From positions 7,974 through 71,973 of the forward strand of contig DASSVP010000023.1 in the NCBI GenBank assembly GCA_035705985.1: a stretch of 64,000 nucleotides of DNA, given 5' to 3'. Below the pieces are notes generated by a model. The model was not told the origin of the DNA, made no database searches, and saw only the letters and a list, made by a program, of their open reading frames with translations. Position 1 is the first letter of the stretch. Each line of letters starts with the position of its first letter. The position numbers were made by a program, and so were the translations under genes. Source of the stretch: Thermoleophilaceae bacterium. Its GTDB lineage: Bacteria > Actinomycetota > Thermoleophilia > Solirubrobacterales > Thermoleophilaceae. Shown here one piece after another: positions 44,927 to 56,481 of this stretch.

Positions 44927-45061
44927 CTAGGGGGTGAGCCGCTTGCGGCCCTTGGCCCGGCGGCGCTTAAGGAGGGCGCGGCCGGCGCGGGTCCTCATAC
45001 GCGCGCGAAAGCCATGGGTGCGTGCGCGCTTGCGCTTCTTGGGCTGGTAGGTGCGCTTCAT
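44927..45061 (-). CDS. rpmH: 50S ribosomal protein L34
   Basis: Trimmed to ATG 45061: [44 protein letters not shown]. Confidence 0.95.
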   Translation of the reverse strand: MKRTYQPKKRKRARTHGFRARMRTRAGRALLKRRRAKGRKRLTP

Positions 45062-45307
45062 GTGCCGGCACGCCAGGGTACAAGATCGCCGGGCATCCGC
45101 CTGTGCACTTCCTGTCGACAGCGCGGCCGCGGCCGGTGGCGATGGTTTTTCCGCGTTTTGCGGAGCCGTCCCGGCGCAGGCGGCACCGAGCGATTTGGGC
45201 CGTTGTACACTCGCCGAGCCGAGGGCAGCGGGGGGCACTCTTCCCCGGTCCGCCCTTCCTCTGTGAACGGTTCTTCAGCAAGGCCCTGAGGAGGGTCGCG
45301 ACCGCCC
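45062..45307. other. rpmH-dnaA intergenic region, candidate part of oriC / dnaA promoter
   Basis: 246 bp. Degenerate DnaA-box-like 9-mers: CTGTCGACA (45112-45120) and TTGTACACT (45203-45211), each 7 of 9 to TTGTCCACA, plus weaker CTGTGCACT (45101-45109). T-rich patch GGTTTTTCCGCGTTTTGCGG. Confidence 0.35.
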
Positions 45308-46654
45308 GTGCCCACGCAGCCAGATGAGATTTGGGACGCCATCCGCGCCGAGCTCCGCAGGGAGACGCCGGACTTCCAGTTTCACATCTGGCTCGAGCCG
45401 CTCCAGCTGGCCGCGATTCACGGCAGCACGGTCTACGTCCGCGCGCCGGAGCACATCCGCACAACCGTCGCCGAGCGCTACCTCTCGTTGCTCCGCCGGG
45501 CGGCAGCGACCGGCTTCGACGCCGGTGCAACCGTCGAGGTGGTCGGGGCGGACTGGGAGCCGCCCGCCGGACAGCCGAACGGCAACGGAGGCTCCCAAAG
45601 CCACGTCGGCGGGTCCTCCAAACGCGATCGTCTGAACCCGAGGCACACGTTCGATCAGTTCGTGATCGGCGCCGGGAACCGCTTCGCGCACGCCGCGGCG
45701 CTCGCCGTCGCCGAGCTGCCGGGCCACTCCTACAACCCGCTCTTCCTCCACGGGTCGCCCGGCATCGGCAAGACGCATCTCCTGCACGCGATCGGCAACT
45801 ACGTCGAGTGCTTCGGCTCGGGCCTCCAGGTTCGCTACGCCACCGTCGAGGAGTTCACCACCGAGTTCGTTCAGGCTGTGCGCGGCAAGACCACCGACAG
45901 CTTCAAGCAGCGCTTCCGCGGCGCCGACGTGGTCCTGCTCGACGACATCCAGTTCCTCGCCGGCCGCGAGAAGACGCGCGAGGAGTTCTTCCACACCTTC
46001 AACGCGCTCCTCGGCAGCGGGCGGCAGCTCGTGATGACCTCCGACTGCGCCCCTGAGGACATCCCGGGCCTCGAGACTCGGCTGATCGAGCGCTTCCGCT
46101 CGGGACTCGTGGTCGAGCTGGACGCTCCGGAGCTCGAGGTGCGCATGGCGATCCTCGCGAAGCGGGCCCGGCTCGACGCCATCGAGGTCGGCGAGGACGT
46201 GCTGGCCGAGATCGCGAGCCGTGTCACCACCAGCGTCCGCGCCCTTGAGGGCGCTCTGATCCGCGTGGTGGCATACGCCTCCCTCACGGGTGAGCCGCCC
46301 ACGCGCGGGCTCGTGCGCCACGTCCTGCGCCGCCTCGGCGAGGACACCGCGCCCGATGCCTGCGGCCTCGGCGAGATCCTCGACGCCGCCGCTCAGGAGT
46401 TCGGCGTCGAACGAGAGGCGCTCATGGCACGCGACCGCCGCCCCGCGGTCGCGACAGCGCGCCAGGTCGCGATGTACCTTGCGCGTGAGCTCACGGAGCA
46501 CAGCCTTCCGGAGATAGGGCGCGGGATCGGAGGGCGGAACCACACGACGGTCCTGCACGCCGTGAACCGCGTCACCGCCGCCATGCGCACCGACGACTCG
46601 GTCCGCAGCACAGTCGACAACCTCCGCCGGCGACTGGGCCGTCCCGCTTCCTGA
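45308..46654 (+). CDS. dnaA: chromosomal replication initiator protein DnaA
   Basis: 448 aa. FDQFVIGAGNRFAHAAA, Walker A LHGSPGIGKTHLLHAIGN, LLDDIQFL, VRALEGALIRV, C-terminal HTH RQVAMYLARELT..SLPEIGRGIGGRNHTTVLHA. Confidence 0.97.
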   Translation: MPTQPDEIWDAIRAELRRETPDFQFHIWLEPLQLAAIHGSTVYVRAPEHIRTTVAERYLSLLRRAAATGFDAGATVEVVGADWEPPAGQPNGNGGSQSHVGGSSKRDRLNPRHTFDQFVIGAGNRFAHAAALAVAELPGHSYNPLFLHGSPGIGKTHLLHAIGNYVECFGSGLQVRYATVEEFTTEFVQAVRGKTTDSFKQRFRGADVVLLDDIQFLAGREKTREEFFHTFNALLGSGRQLVMTSDCAPEDIPGLETRLIERFRSGLVVELDAPELEVRMAILAKRARLDAIEVGEDVLAEIASRVTTSVRALEGALIRVVAYASLTGEPPTRGLVRHVLRRLGEDTAPDACGLGEILDAAAQEFGVEREALMARDRRPAVATARQVAMYLARELTEHSLPEIGRGIGGRNHTTVLHAVNRVTAAMRTDDSVRSTVDNLRRRLGRPAS

Positions 46655-46777
46655 CCGGTGTGAATGGAAGAATGGACAGCTTCCGCACAGGGGTCGATTC
46701 GGTCCCGAAGCAGGATCGCTCCGGATATCAACCTCTGAACAGCCCCCAATCACCTCTACCGAGATAGGCAGCATCCT
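46655..46777. other. dnaA-dnaN intergenic region, candidate part of oriC
   Basis: Only 123 bp but clearly less GC-rich than its surroundings. Direct repeat GAATGGA at 46662-46668 and 46670-46676. Minus-strand CTGTCCATT (46671-46679, 7 of 9 to TTGTCCACA). TTCCGCACA (46681-46689, 6 of 9). Confidence 0.35.
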
Positions 46778-47890
46778 TTGAAGCTCTCCGTTTCCCGTGA
46801 AACGTTTCTCGCTCGTCTCGGCGTCGCCGTGCGCGGCGCGTCCACCCGCGGACCCGTCCCCTCCCTCGCCGGCGTGCTGCTACGCGTAGAGGACGGCCGC
46901 GCGGAACTCCAGGCGACCGACATGGAGCTCGGCGTGCGGGTCTCCCTCGACACGGCGGACTCGACTCCCGGCCAGGCCGTCGTCCCCGGCCGGCTGCTGC
47001 TCGACGTGGTCCGGTCGCTGCCGAAGGACGAGCTGACGCTCGAGTACCGAAGCGCCGAGCAGGACGTCGAGGTCATGTCGGGCCCATCGAAGTTCCACCT
47101 GCGCACGCTGCCCACCGAGGACTTCCCGAAGCTCCCGGAGGCGCCGTCCGACGCCGGGCTCAGCGTGCCGGCCACGGCCTTCGTGGACACGATCGCCCGG
47201 GTCGCCCGTGCCGCTTCGCGTGACGAGACGCGGCCTCACCTGACCGGTGTGCTCGTCACCGCCAGCGGTAACGAGCTCCGAATGGTCGCCACGGATTCGT
47301 ATCGACTCGGCGTGAAGGAGACCCGGCTCGACACTGAGCTCGCCGGGTCGCTCGAGGCGAACGTACCGGCGCGGACGCTTCAGGAACTGGGCCGGATCGC
47401 GTCGGCCGGTGGTGCGGAGTCGATCGGCGTGGCCGCGCTCGAGAACCAGGTCGTCTTCACCGTCGAGGACATCGTGCTGTCGTCGCGGCTGGTCGAGGGC
47501 CGCTTCCCGAACTACCAGCAGCTACTGCCCGAGGCGTACGAGCACGAGCTGCGCGTGAGCCGGGACGAGCTGCTCGAGGTCGTGCGCCGTGTCGGGCTCC
47601 TGGCACAGAAGAACGCGCCGCTGCGGCTGCGCTTCTCCGAGGGCACGCTCGACGTGTCCGCGCAGACGCCGGACGTAGGCGAGGCCAGCGAGTCGCTGCC
47701 GGTGCCCTTCGCGGGCGAGCCGCTCGAGATCGGCTTCAACCCGGAGTTCTTCCGCGAGGGCCTCGAGAGCGCGGAGTCGGACGAGCTCGTCCTGAAGCTG
47801 ATCAGCCCGCTGCGTCCCGGCCTGATCCAGTCGGGCGACGAGGACGCCGGCTTCAGATACCTCGTGATGCCTATCCGTCTCAACGTGTAG
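46778..47890 (+). CDS. dnaN: DNA polymerase III beta sliding clamp
   Basis: 370 aa, TTG start. MKLSVSRETFL.., ATDSYRLG, FPNYQQLLP, YLVMPIRL tail. Confidence 0.95.
   Translation: MKLSVSRETFLARLGVAVRGASTRGPVPSLAGVLLRVEDGRAELQATDMELGVRVSLDTADSTPGQAVVPGRLLLDVVRSLPKDELTLEYRSAEQDVEVMSGPSKFHLRTLPTEDFPKLPEAPSDAGLSVPATAFVDTIARVARAASRDETRPHLTGVLVTASGNELRMVATDSYRLGVKETRLDTELAGSLEANVPARTLQELGRIASAGGAESIGVAALENQVVFTVEDIVLSSRLVEGRFPNYQQLLPEAYEHELRVSRDELLEVVRRVGLLAQKNAPLRLRFSEGTLDVSAQTPDVGEASESLPVPFAGEPLEIGFNPEFFREGLESAESDELVLKLISPLRPGLIQSGDEDAGFRYLVMPIRLNV
46790..46803. promoter_or_regulatory. parS-like site GTTTCCCGTGAAAC (13 of 14 to consensus), followed by a GTTTCTCG half-site
   Basis: Read directly in the VSRETF codons at the dnaN N-terminus. 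GAAACGTTTC (46799-46808) is itself palindromic. Confidence 0.5.
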
Positions 47891-47898
47891 GCGGCCCT

Positions 47899-49011
47899 GT
47901 GCGCGCGACGCGCATCGCACTCCGCGACTTCCGCAACTACGAGGCCGCTGAGGTGGAGCTCGCGGACGGACTCACCGTCATCGCGGGCGCCAACGGCTCA
48001 GGCAAGACGAACCTGCTCGAGGCCGTCTACTTCGGTTGCACGGCGCGCTCCCCGCGGACCTCGAACGAGCGAGAGCTGGTGCGGCGTGGCGGCGACGGGG
48101 TGGCGCGCGTGGTCCTCGACCTTCGCGGCGATGACGGAGAGCACCGCATCGAATGCGGGTTCCAGCCGGGGGAGGCGAAGCACCTGACGGTCGACGGGCA
48201 CAGGGTGGACAGCCTGGCCGCTGTGGAGGCGCGCCCTCTCGTGAGTGTTTTCTTGCCAGAACGGCTTGAGCTGGTAAAGGGGGCGCCCGCTGCCCGGCGC
48301 GCTCATCTCGACCAGTTCGTCGCGGCGCTGTGGCCGAGCCGCGGGGAGACCCGGTTCGCGTACTCGCGTGCGCTGGCGCAACGGAACGCGCTGGTGGCGC
48401 GGATCCGCGGGGGTGCCGCGGGGCCGGCGGCGCTCGATGCCTGGGACGCCGAGCTGGCGCGTCACGGGATCCGGCTGATGGCGGACCGGGGCGAGGCGGT
48501 GGACGCGCTGCGGCCTTCGTTCGCGGAGCTGGCCGGCCGGCTCGGACTGCCCGGGAGGGTCGAACTGCGCTACCGGCCGCGCTCAGGCGCGGGCACGGAG
48601 GAGGAGCTCGTTGTGGAGTTGGCGGAGCGGCGGGGTGCCGACCTCGAGCGCGGCTTCACCGCGCACGGGCCCCATCGGGACGAGCTCCAGTTGCTGCTGG
48701 GGGACGTCGCGCTGAGGGCATACGGCTCACAGGGACAGCAGCGCGCGGCGCTCTTGGCGCTGCTGTTCGCGGAGCGCACCCTGCTGGCCGAGCGCCGTGC
48801 CCGCCCGCCGCTGATGCTGCTCGACGACGTGATGTCCGAGCTGGACGCCGAGCGCCGTGAGCTGCTCGCCGACCTGCTCCGCTCAGGCGGCCAGTCGGTG
48901 ATCACCACGACCGAGGCGGAGCACGTGCCGGGCGCCGCGCTCGCCGGCGGCGGCCTGATCCGCGTGGAGGCCGGCCGCGTGGCGGGGTCTGCCCGGGCGG
49001 TGGCGGCGTGA
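47899..49011 (+). CDS. recF: DNA replication and repair protein RecF
   Basis: Walker A GANGSGKTNLLEA, signature SQGQQRAALLAL, Walker B LLLDDVMSELD. Confidence 0.95.
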   Translation: MRATRIALRDFRNYEAAEVELADGLTVIAGANGSGKTNLLEAVYFGCTARSPRTSNERELVRRGGDGVARVVLDLRGDDGEHRIECGFQPGEAKHLTVDGHRVDSLAAVEARPLVSVFLPERLELVKGAPAARRAHLDQFVAALWPSRGETRFAYSRALAQRNALVARIRGGAAGPAALDAWDAELARHGIRLMADRGEAVDALRPSFAELAGRLGLPGRVELRYRPRSGAGTEEELVVELAERRGADLERGFTAHGPHRDELQLLLGDVALRAYGSQGQQRAALLALLFAERTLLAERRARPPLMLLDDVMSELDAERRELLADLLRSGGQSVITTTEAEHVPGAALAGGGLIRVEAGRVAGSARAVAA

Positions 49012-49018
49012 TCGCGTC

Positions 49019-49103
49019 GAACGGCAGCGGTGAAGGGCAGGTTGTCGCGCAAGCGTCCTGCTTAAGGCGTCTGTGTGAAGCCCCAGCCAGGACGCTTGGC
49101 CCG
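49019..49103 (+). repeat. box-plus-hairpin intergenic element, copy B
   Basis: Same 18-nt box GAACGGCAGCGGTGAAGG, stem 49051-49060 / 49088-49097 identical to copy A, loop AGGCGTCTGTGTGAAGCCCCA. Confidence 0.8.
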
Positions 49104-49126
49104 GGGTCGCTGGGGCGGCGGGCGCG

Positions 49127-49435
49127 ATGAAGCGGCCTGCCCCGCGCCCACTCGCCGAGGCGCTCCAGGGAGTCGCGCGGCACGCCTCTCCCGCCACCCC
49201 CGTCGCCGCCGTCCAAGCGGCCTGGCCCGAGGTCGCCGGCCCGGGGCTCGCGGCGGCCGCCCAGCCGGTCTCCGAGCGCGGCGGAGTCATCACGGTCGCT
49301 TGCGAATCCGGCGTCTGGGCGCACGAGCTGGAGCTCCTCGGACCCGACCTCCTGGAGCGCCTCAACGCGTCCCTCGAGGGCACGCGGATCGAGAAGTTGC
49401 GCTTCGTCGTAGGTTCGCCCCCGAACGACCGCTGA
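49127..49435 (+). CDS. DUF721-domain protein (DciA-like helicase-operator candidate)
   Basis: 102 aa. WPEVAGPGLAAAAQPVSERGGVITVACESGVWAHELELLGPDLLERLN. Sits in the conserved recF-gyrB slot occupied by DUF721/DciA in Actinobacteria. Confidence 0.7.
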   Translation: MKRPAPRPLAEALQGVARHASPATPVAAVQAAWPEVAGPGLAAAAQPVSERGGVITVACESGVWAHELELLGPDLLERLNASLEGTRIEKLRFVVGSPPNDR

Positions 49436-49474
49436 GCAGTGCCGATTTTGTTGCGATTTGCGGGCATTTTGTAA

Positions 49475-52042
<2,568 letters not shown>

Positions 52043-52045
52043 GCG

Positions 52046-54568
52046 ATGAGCATCGATCAGCTGACGGGCGGGAACATCGAGCCGCGCGGGCTCGAGGAGG
52101 AGATGCGCTCGTCCTATCTCGACTACGCGATGAGCGTGATCGTGGGCCGCGCCCTGCCGGACGTGCGCGACGGGCTGAAGCCTGTGCACCGCCGGATCCT
52201 CTACTCGATGTACGACTCCGGGCTCCAGCCCGGGCGGCCGCACCGCAAGTGCGCGAACGTCGTCGGCGGCGTCATGGGGAACTACCACCCCCACGGCGAC
52301 TCCGCGATCTACGACGCGCTGGTCCGGCTCGGCCAGGACTTCGCGATGCGCTACCCGCTCATCGACCCGCAGGGGAACTTCGGCTCGATCGACAACGACT
52401 CGCCGGCGGCCATGCGGTACACCGAGGCGCGCCTGTCACGGCTCGCCACGGAGATGCTGCGCGACATCGACGCGGACACCGTCGAGTTCGGGCCGAACTA
52501 CGACGAGTCGCGCCAGGAGCCGCTCGTCCTGCCGTCGCGCTTCCCGAACCTGCTGGTCAACGGCTCGTCGGGCATCGCCGTCGGGATGGCGACGAACATC
52601 CCGCCGCACAACCTCTCGGAGGCGATCGACGCGGTGGTCGCCTACATCGACGACCCGCAGGTCGACGTCAGGGGCCTGATGAAGCACCTGAAGGGCCCGG
52701 ACTTCCCGACCGGCGGCATAATCGTCGGACACGGCGGGATCCGCGACGCGTACGAGACCGGCCGCGGCCGTGTGGTGATCCGCGGTCGCGCCCACATCGA
52801 GCCGCTCAGCAGGGGCAAGGAGGCGATCATCGTCACCGAGATGCCCTTCCAGGTGTACAAGGGCGACGGGCGCGGTGACGGCAGCGGGTTGATGCAGAAG
52901 ATCGTCGAGCAGGTGCAGAACGGCCGGCTCAAGGAGATCTCGGATCTTCGCGACGAGTCCGACAAGTCGGGCATCCGGCTCGTGATCGAGCTGAAGCGCG
53001 ACGCGATCCCGAAGGTCGTCCTCAACAAGCTCTACAAGCACACGCAGCTCCAGACCACCTTCGGCGTGAACATGGTGGCGCTGGTTGACGGCGTGCCGCG
53101 GACGCTCGGGCTGCTGCCGATCGTCAAGAACTACGTCGACCACCAGACCGACATCATCGTGCGGCGCACGAAGTACGAGCTGCGCGAGAAGGAGGCCCGC
53201 CTCCACATCCTCGAGGGCCTGCTCGTCGCGATCGAGAACATCGACGAGGTCATCGAGCTGATCCGCGGCTCGAGCGACCCGGACGTGGCGCGCGACGGCC
53301 TGATGGAGCGCTTCGAGCTCACGCGCATCCAGGCGCAGGCGATCCTGGACCTCCGCCTCCAGCGGCTCACAGCGCTCCAGACGAACGAGATCAAGACCGA
53401 GCACGCCGACGTGGTCGAGCGGATCGCGTGGCTCCGCGACATCCTCGGCGACGAGGCCAAGGTCATGGCCCTGATCCGCGAGGAGCTGCTCGAGATCAAG
53501 GACCGCTACGGCGACGAGCGGCGCACCGAGATCACGCACTCCGAGGACGAGATCGACATCGAGGACCTGATCGCCGACCAGCAGATGGTCATCGCGATCA
53601 CGCACTCGGGCTACATCAAGACGCTGCCGCTCGCCACGTACCGCCAGCAGAAGCGCGGCGGGGTCGGCGTGACCGGCATGGACATGAAGGACGAGGACTA
53701 CATCGAGCACCTCTTCGTGAGCTCGACGCACGACTACCTCCTCTTCTTCACGAACCGCGGCAAGGTCTACCGCCAGAAGGTCTACGAGCTGCCCGAGGCG
53801 TCGCGGACGGCGAAGGGCCGCGCGCTCGTGAACCTGCTGCCGCTGCGCGAGGGCGAGCGCGTGCAGGCCGTTCAGGCCACGCGCGAGTTCAACGAGGGCA
53901 AGTACCTCGTCTTCGCGACTCGCAAGGGCCAGGTCAAGAAGACTGATTTCGGCGCCTACAACACGCCGATCAAGGCCGACGGCATCATCGCGATCAACAT
54001 TCGCGACGACGACGAGCTCGTGGCCGTCCGCCGGACGAGCGGCGACGACGACATCATCATGGTGTCGCGCTCGGGCCAGGCGGCGCGCTTCAACGAGGAC
54101 CGGGTGCGGCCGATGGGCCGCGACACCGCCGGCGTGAAGGGCATGAATGTCTCGCGCGGCGACAACCGGGTGCTCGCGATGGACGTGGTCCAGCCGGGCA
54201 CGGAGCTGCTCGTCGTCACCGAGAACGGCTACGGCAAGCGGACGGCGATCGAGGAGTACCCGGTGAAGGGCCGCGGCTCGATGGGCGTCAAGACGATCGG
54301 GCTGACCGAGAAGAAGGGCGGCCTCGCGGGCGCGCTGATCGTGCGCGAGCATCACGACCTGGTGTTCATCTCTCAGAACGGCATGGTGCAGCGCACCTCG
54401 GTGAAGGGCATCTCGAGGCAGGGCCGCCCAGCCCAGGGCGTGCGCGTCATGAACCTGCGCGAGGACGACATCGTGAGCGCGGTGGCGCTCGTCATGGACA
54501 CCGCGGCGGACACCGCGGCGCAGGTCGAGATCGATACGGACATCGAGACCGACGACTTGCAGTCGTAG
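52046..54568 (+). CDS. gyrA: DNA gyrase subunit A
   Basis: 840 aa. [52 protein letters not shown] active-site Tyr, GyrA-box QRGGVGV-like KRGGVGVTG, beta-pinwheel repeats. Confidence 0.97.
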   Translation: MSIDQLTGGNIEPRGLEEEMRSSYLDYAMSVIVGRALPDVRDGLKPVHRRILYSMYDSGLQPGRPHRKCANVVGGVMGNYHPHGDSAIYDALVRLGQDFAMRYPLIDPQGNFGSIDNDSPAAMRYTEARLSRLATEMLRDIDADTVEFGPNYDESRQEPLVLPSRFPNLLVNGSSGIAVGMATNIPPHNLSEAIDAVVAYIDDPQVDVRGLMKHLKGPDFPTGGIIVGHGGIRDAYETGRGRVVIRGRAHIEPLSRGKEAIIVTEMPFQVYKGDGRGDGSGLMQKIVEQVQNGRLKEISDLRDESDKSGIRLVIELKRDAIPKVVLNKLYKHTQLQTTFGVNMVALVDGVPRTLGLLPIVKNYVDHQTDIIVRRTKYELREKEARLHILEGLLVAIENIDEVIELIRGSSDPDVARDGLMERFELTRIQAQAILDLRLQRLTALQTNEIKTEHADVVERIAWLRDILGDEAKVMALIREELLEIKDRYGDERRTEITHSEDEIDIEDLIADQQMVIAITHSGYIKTLPLATYRQQKRGGVGVTGMDMKDEDYIEHLFVSSTHDYLLFFTNRGKVYRQKVYELPEASRTAKGRALVNLLPLREGERVQAVQATREFNEGKYLVFATRKGQVKKTDFGAYNTPIKADGIIAINIRDDDELVAVRRTSGDDDIIMVSRSGQAARFNEDRVRPMGRDTAGVKGMNVSRGDNRVLAMDVVQPGTELLVVTENGYGKRTAIEEYPVKGRGSMGVKTIGLTEKKGGLAGALIVREHHDLVFISQNGMVQRTSVKGISRQGRPAQGVRVMNLREDDIVSAVALVMDTAADTAAQVEIDTDIETDDLQS

Positions 54569-54627
54569 ACGGCGCGCCGGGGCCGGACTACGCTCGGCGC
54601 ATCAGCCGGACCCTCCCGCCCCTCGGT

Positions 54628-55755
54628 GTGCTCGTCGCTGTCCTGGCGCTCTGCCAGCCGGCCGCGGCTGCCGTCTACAAGGTCCCGCCGAAGATCAAGT
54701 CCAACTGCTCGGCGCCGGTCGAGCGCCAGATCACGGACTGGCTGAGGACGGTGCCGAACGGCAGCACCGTGCAGTTTGGGGCGGGACGCTGCTACGCGCA
54801 GGACGGGCCGATCACGCTGAGCGGACGCTCCGGGCTCGTCATCGAGGGCCAGGGCTCCGAGTTCCGCGCCGTGACCCCTGGCACCAGCCATCGCGCGAAC
54901 TGGCGCTTCGTCGGCGGAGCGGACCTGACCGTCCAGAACATGGCTGTTCGTGGCTCGAACCCGCAGGGCACGTACGACCCGTCGATCGAGTGGCAGCACG
55001 GCTACTCGATCGAGGGCGTTCAGGGCATGACGCTCACGAACGTCCAGGCGAGGGACACCTGGGGCGACGGCGTGTACCTCGCGCACAGCACGCATACGCC
55101 CGCGTGCGGCGATGATGCGTCCAGCGCGCGCAACGTGGTGATCAGCGGCGCGACGCTCGAGCGGAACGGGCGGCAGGGCGTGGCGATCGTCGACGCCGAG
55201 CACGTGACGCTGCAGGACTCGACGATCGGCCCGGTCGCGTGGTGGAGCGTCGACATCGAGACGGACGACGCCTGCGAGATCGCGCGCCACGTCAAGATCC
55301 TGCGCAACAGCTTTGGCGCCCACCGCTACGGCGTGCTCGGAAGTGTCGGCTTCGGCGTGTATCCCCAGGTCGGCGACCTGACGGTCATCGACAACACTCA
55401 GACGGTGCCCACGCGCGGATTGCCGGGCGACTACTGCTGGGCGCCGGTCTGGATTCTCGCGCCGGTGAACGCCGAGGGGCGCGTCGTCGGATATCGCGAG
55501 AACTACGCGTTCCGCGGCAACCGCCTGCTCGGCACGCGTAACGGCTTCGAGTTCAGGGGCGTGCGGAACATCGAGCTGAGCGCGAACAACGTCGCCCTCC
55601 CACCCACCACCGGCTGCGGCAAGCGCGCGGGAGCGCTGCTGGCCGACTCGCACACGGTGAACATGGCCTCCAACAGCTTCAGCGGCGCCAACAACGTGTT
55701 CGTGGCCGACGCCCTCAGCACCGGCGTCACCTCGACGGACAACACCCTCAACTGA
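54628..55755 (+). CDS. secreted right-handed parallel beta-helix repeat protein
   Basis: 375 aa. Short signal-like MLVAVLALCQPAAAA, then repeated turns (LTVQNMAVRGSN, MTLTNVQARDTWGDGVYL, VVISGATLERNGRQGVAIV, VTLQDSTIG). Confidence 0.65.
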   Translation: MLVAVLALCQPAAAAVYKVPPKIKSNCSAPVERQITDWLRTVPNGSTVQFGAGRCYAQDGPITLSGRSGLVIEGQGSEFRAVTPGTSHRANWRFVGGADLTVQNMAVRGSNPQGTYDPSIEWQHGYSIEGVQGMTLTNVQARDTWGDGVYLAHSTHTPACGDDASSARNVVISGATLERNGRQGVAIVDAEHVTLQDSTIGPVAWWSVDIETDDACEIARHVKILRNSFGAHRYGVLGSVGFGVYPQVGDLTVIDNTQTVPTRGLPGDYCWAPVWILAPVNAEGRVVGYRENYAFRGNRLLGTRNGFEFRGVRNIELSANNVALPPTTGCGKRAGALLADSHTVNMASNSFSGANNVFVADALSTGVTSTDNTLN

Positions 55756-55769
55756 GGGCCGGGAAAACA

Positions 55770-55797
55770 GAGGGGCGCCCCTCGCGGGACGCCCCTC
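55770..55797. terminator. strong GC hairpin, terminator-like on both strands (TTTT only on the minus strand)
   Basis: GAGGGGCGCCCC-tcgc-GGGACGCCCCTC: 12 stem positions with one mismatch and a tetraloop. It lies 15 nt after the beta-helix stop. The minus-strand reading is followed by CTGTTTTCC. Confidence 0.6.
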
Positions 55798-56052
55798 CTA
55801 GTGCTTGCTGGACAAGATCGGCGGCTCCTCAACTGCGGCCGGCGGGACCAACCCCGGCCGGAACCATCGACGGTGTCACGGTTGGACTCCGCTAGATCAA
55901 TGGTCCGCTGCCTCCGGCAGCCTCCCACACGACGGGGCCCAGCACCGGTCGTCTAGCGGCCGGACACCTCCAGGGTCCCAAGAAATCTGTCAGTCAAGTT
56001 CGGACCACCTCCTTTCCCTGGTCCGGCTATTGAAGCAGACGCGGAGGCCGAC

Positions 56053-56481
56053 CTACGGAGTCGTCTCCGTGTCCTGCGTCTCGCTCGACTGCTCGAGCTC
56101 CTCGACGCGCGACTCGAGGTCGTCGACCCGCCCACCGAGCTCCTCGGCGCCGGCCGCCTGGCGGTCCAGCCGCTGCTCGATGTCCTGGATGCGGTTGTCG
56201 AGGTTGGAGAGATCGTCCGATGTCGGCAGCTCGTCGACGCGGGACTCGAGGTCGTCGATGCGCTCGCCCAGGTCGCGCTGGACGCGGCCGAGCTCTCCGG
56301 CGACGCGCTGGCGCTCGCCGCTGTCCTCGTCCTTGTTCGCCTCGACGAGGGCGAAGACGGCGAGTGCCGTGGCCGCGATGGCCCAGACGGCCGCGACAGC
56401 GACCCAGCGACGGGTGCTGCGCACATCGCCGACGGTAGCCGCGCGGTCGTCCTCGCTCGGCGGGGGCAGCGGCTCCTGCAT
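56053..56481 (-). CDS. membrane-anchored coiled-coil protein with internal repeats
   Basis: Trimmed to ATG 56481 (142 aa). TM WVAVAAVWAIAATALAVFALV, then DDLESRVDEL ... DDLESRVEEL heptad-like repeats. The TGATG junction shares one base with the HNH stop. Confidence 0.6.
   Translation of the reverse strand: MQEPLPPPSEDDRAATVGDVRSTRRWVAVAAVWAIAATALAVFALVEANKDEDSGERQRVAGELGRVQRDLGERIDDLESRVDELPTSDDLSNLDNRIQDIEQRLDRQAAGAEELGGRVDDLESRVEELEQSSETQDTETTP

Noticed and set aside
49019-49046. ECF-sigma promoter reading of the box (GAAC-N18-GTT).
   Set aside because: The pattern holds only in copy B. Copy A lacks the GTT at the right spacing and copy C lacks GAAC.
55503-55928. 141-aa minus ORF and 55805..56545 plus ORF spanning the gene-free gap.
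   Set aside because: The first is mostly antisense to the beta-helix gene and the second is antisense to the coiled-coil gene. Both are Arg/Ser/Pro-rich with no motifs.
55895-55935. SRP (4.5S) RNA-like string on the minus strand (GCTGCCGGAGGCAGCGGACC).
   Set aside because: The conserved helix-8 asymmetric loop motifs (GGAA ... AGCA arrangement, as in CCGGAAGGAAGCAGC) are not reproduced. It is only a simple 6-bp hairpin.
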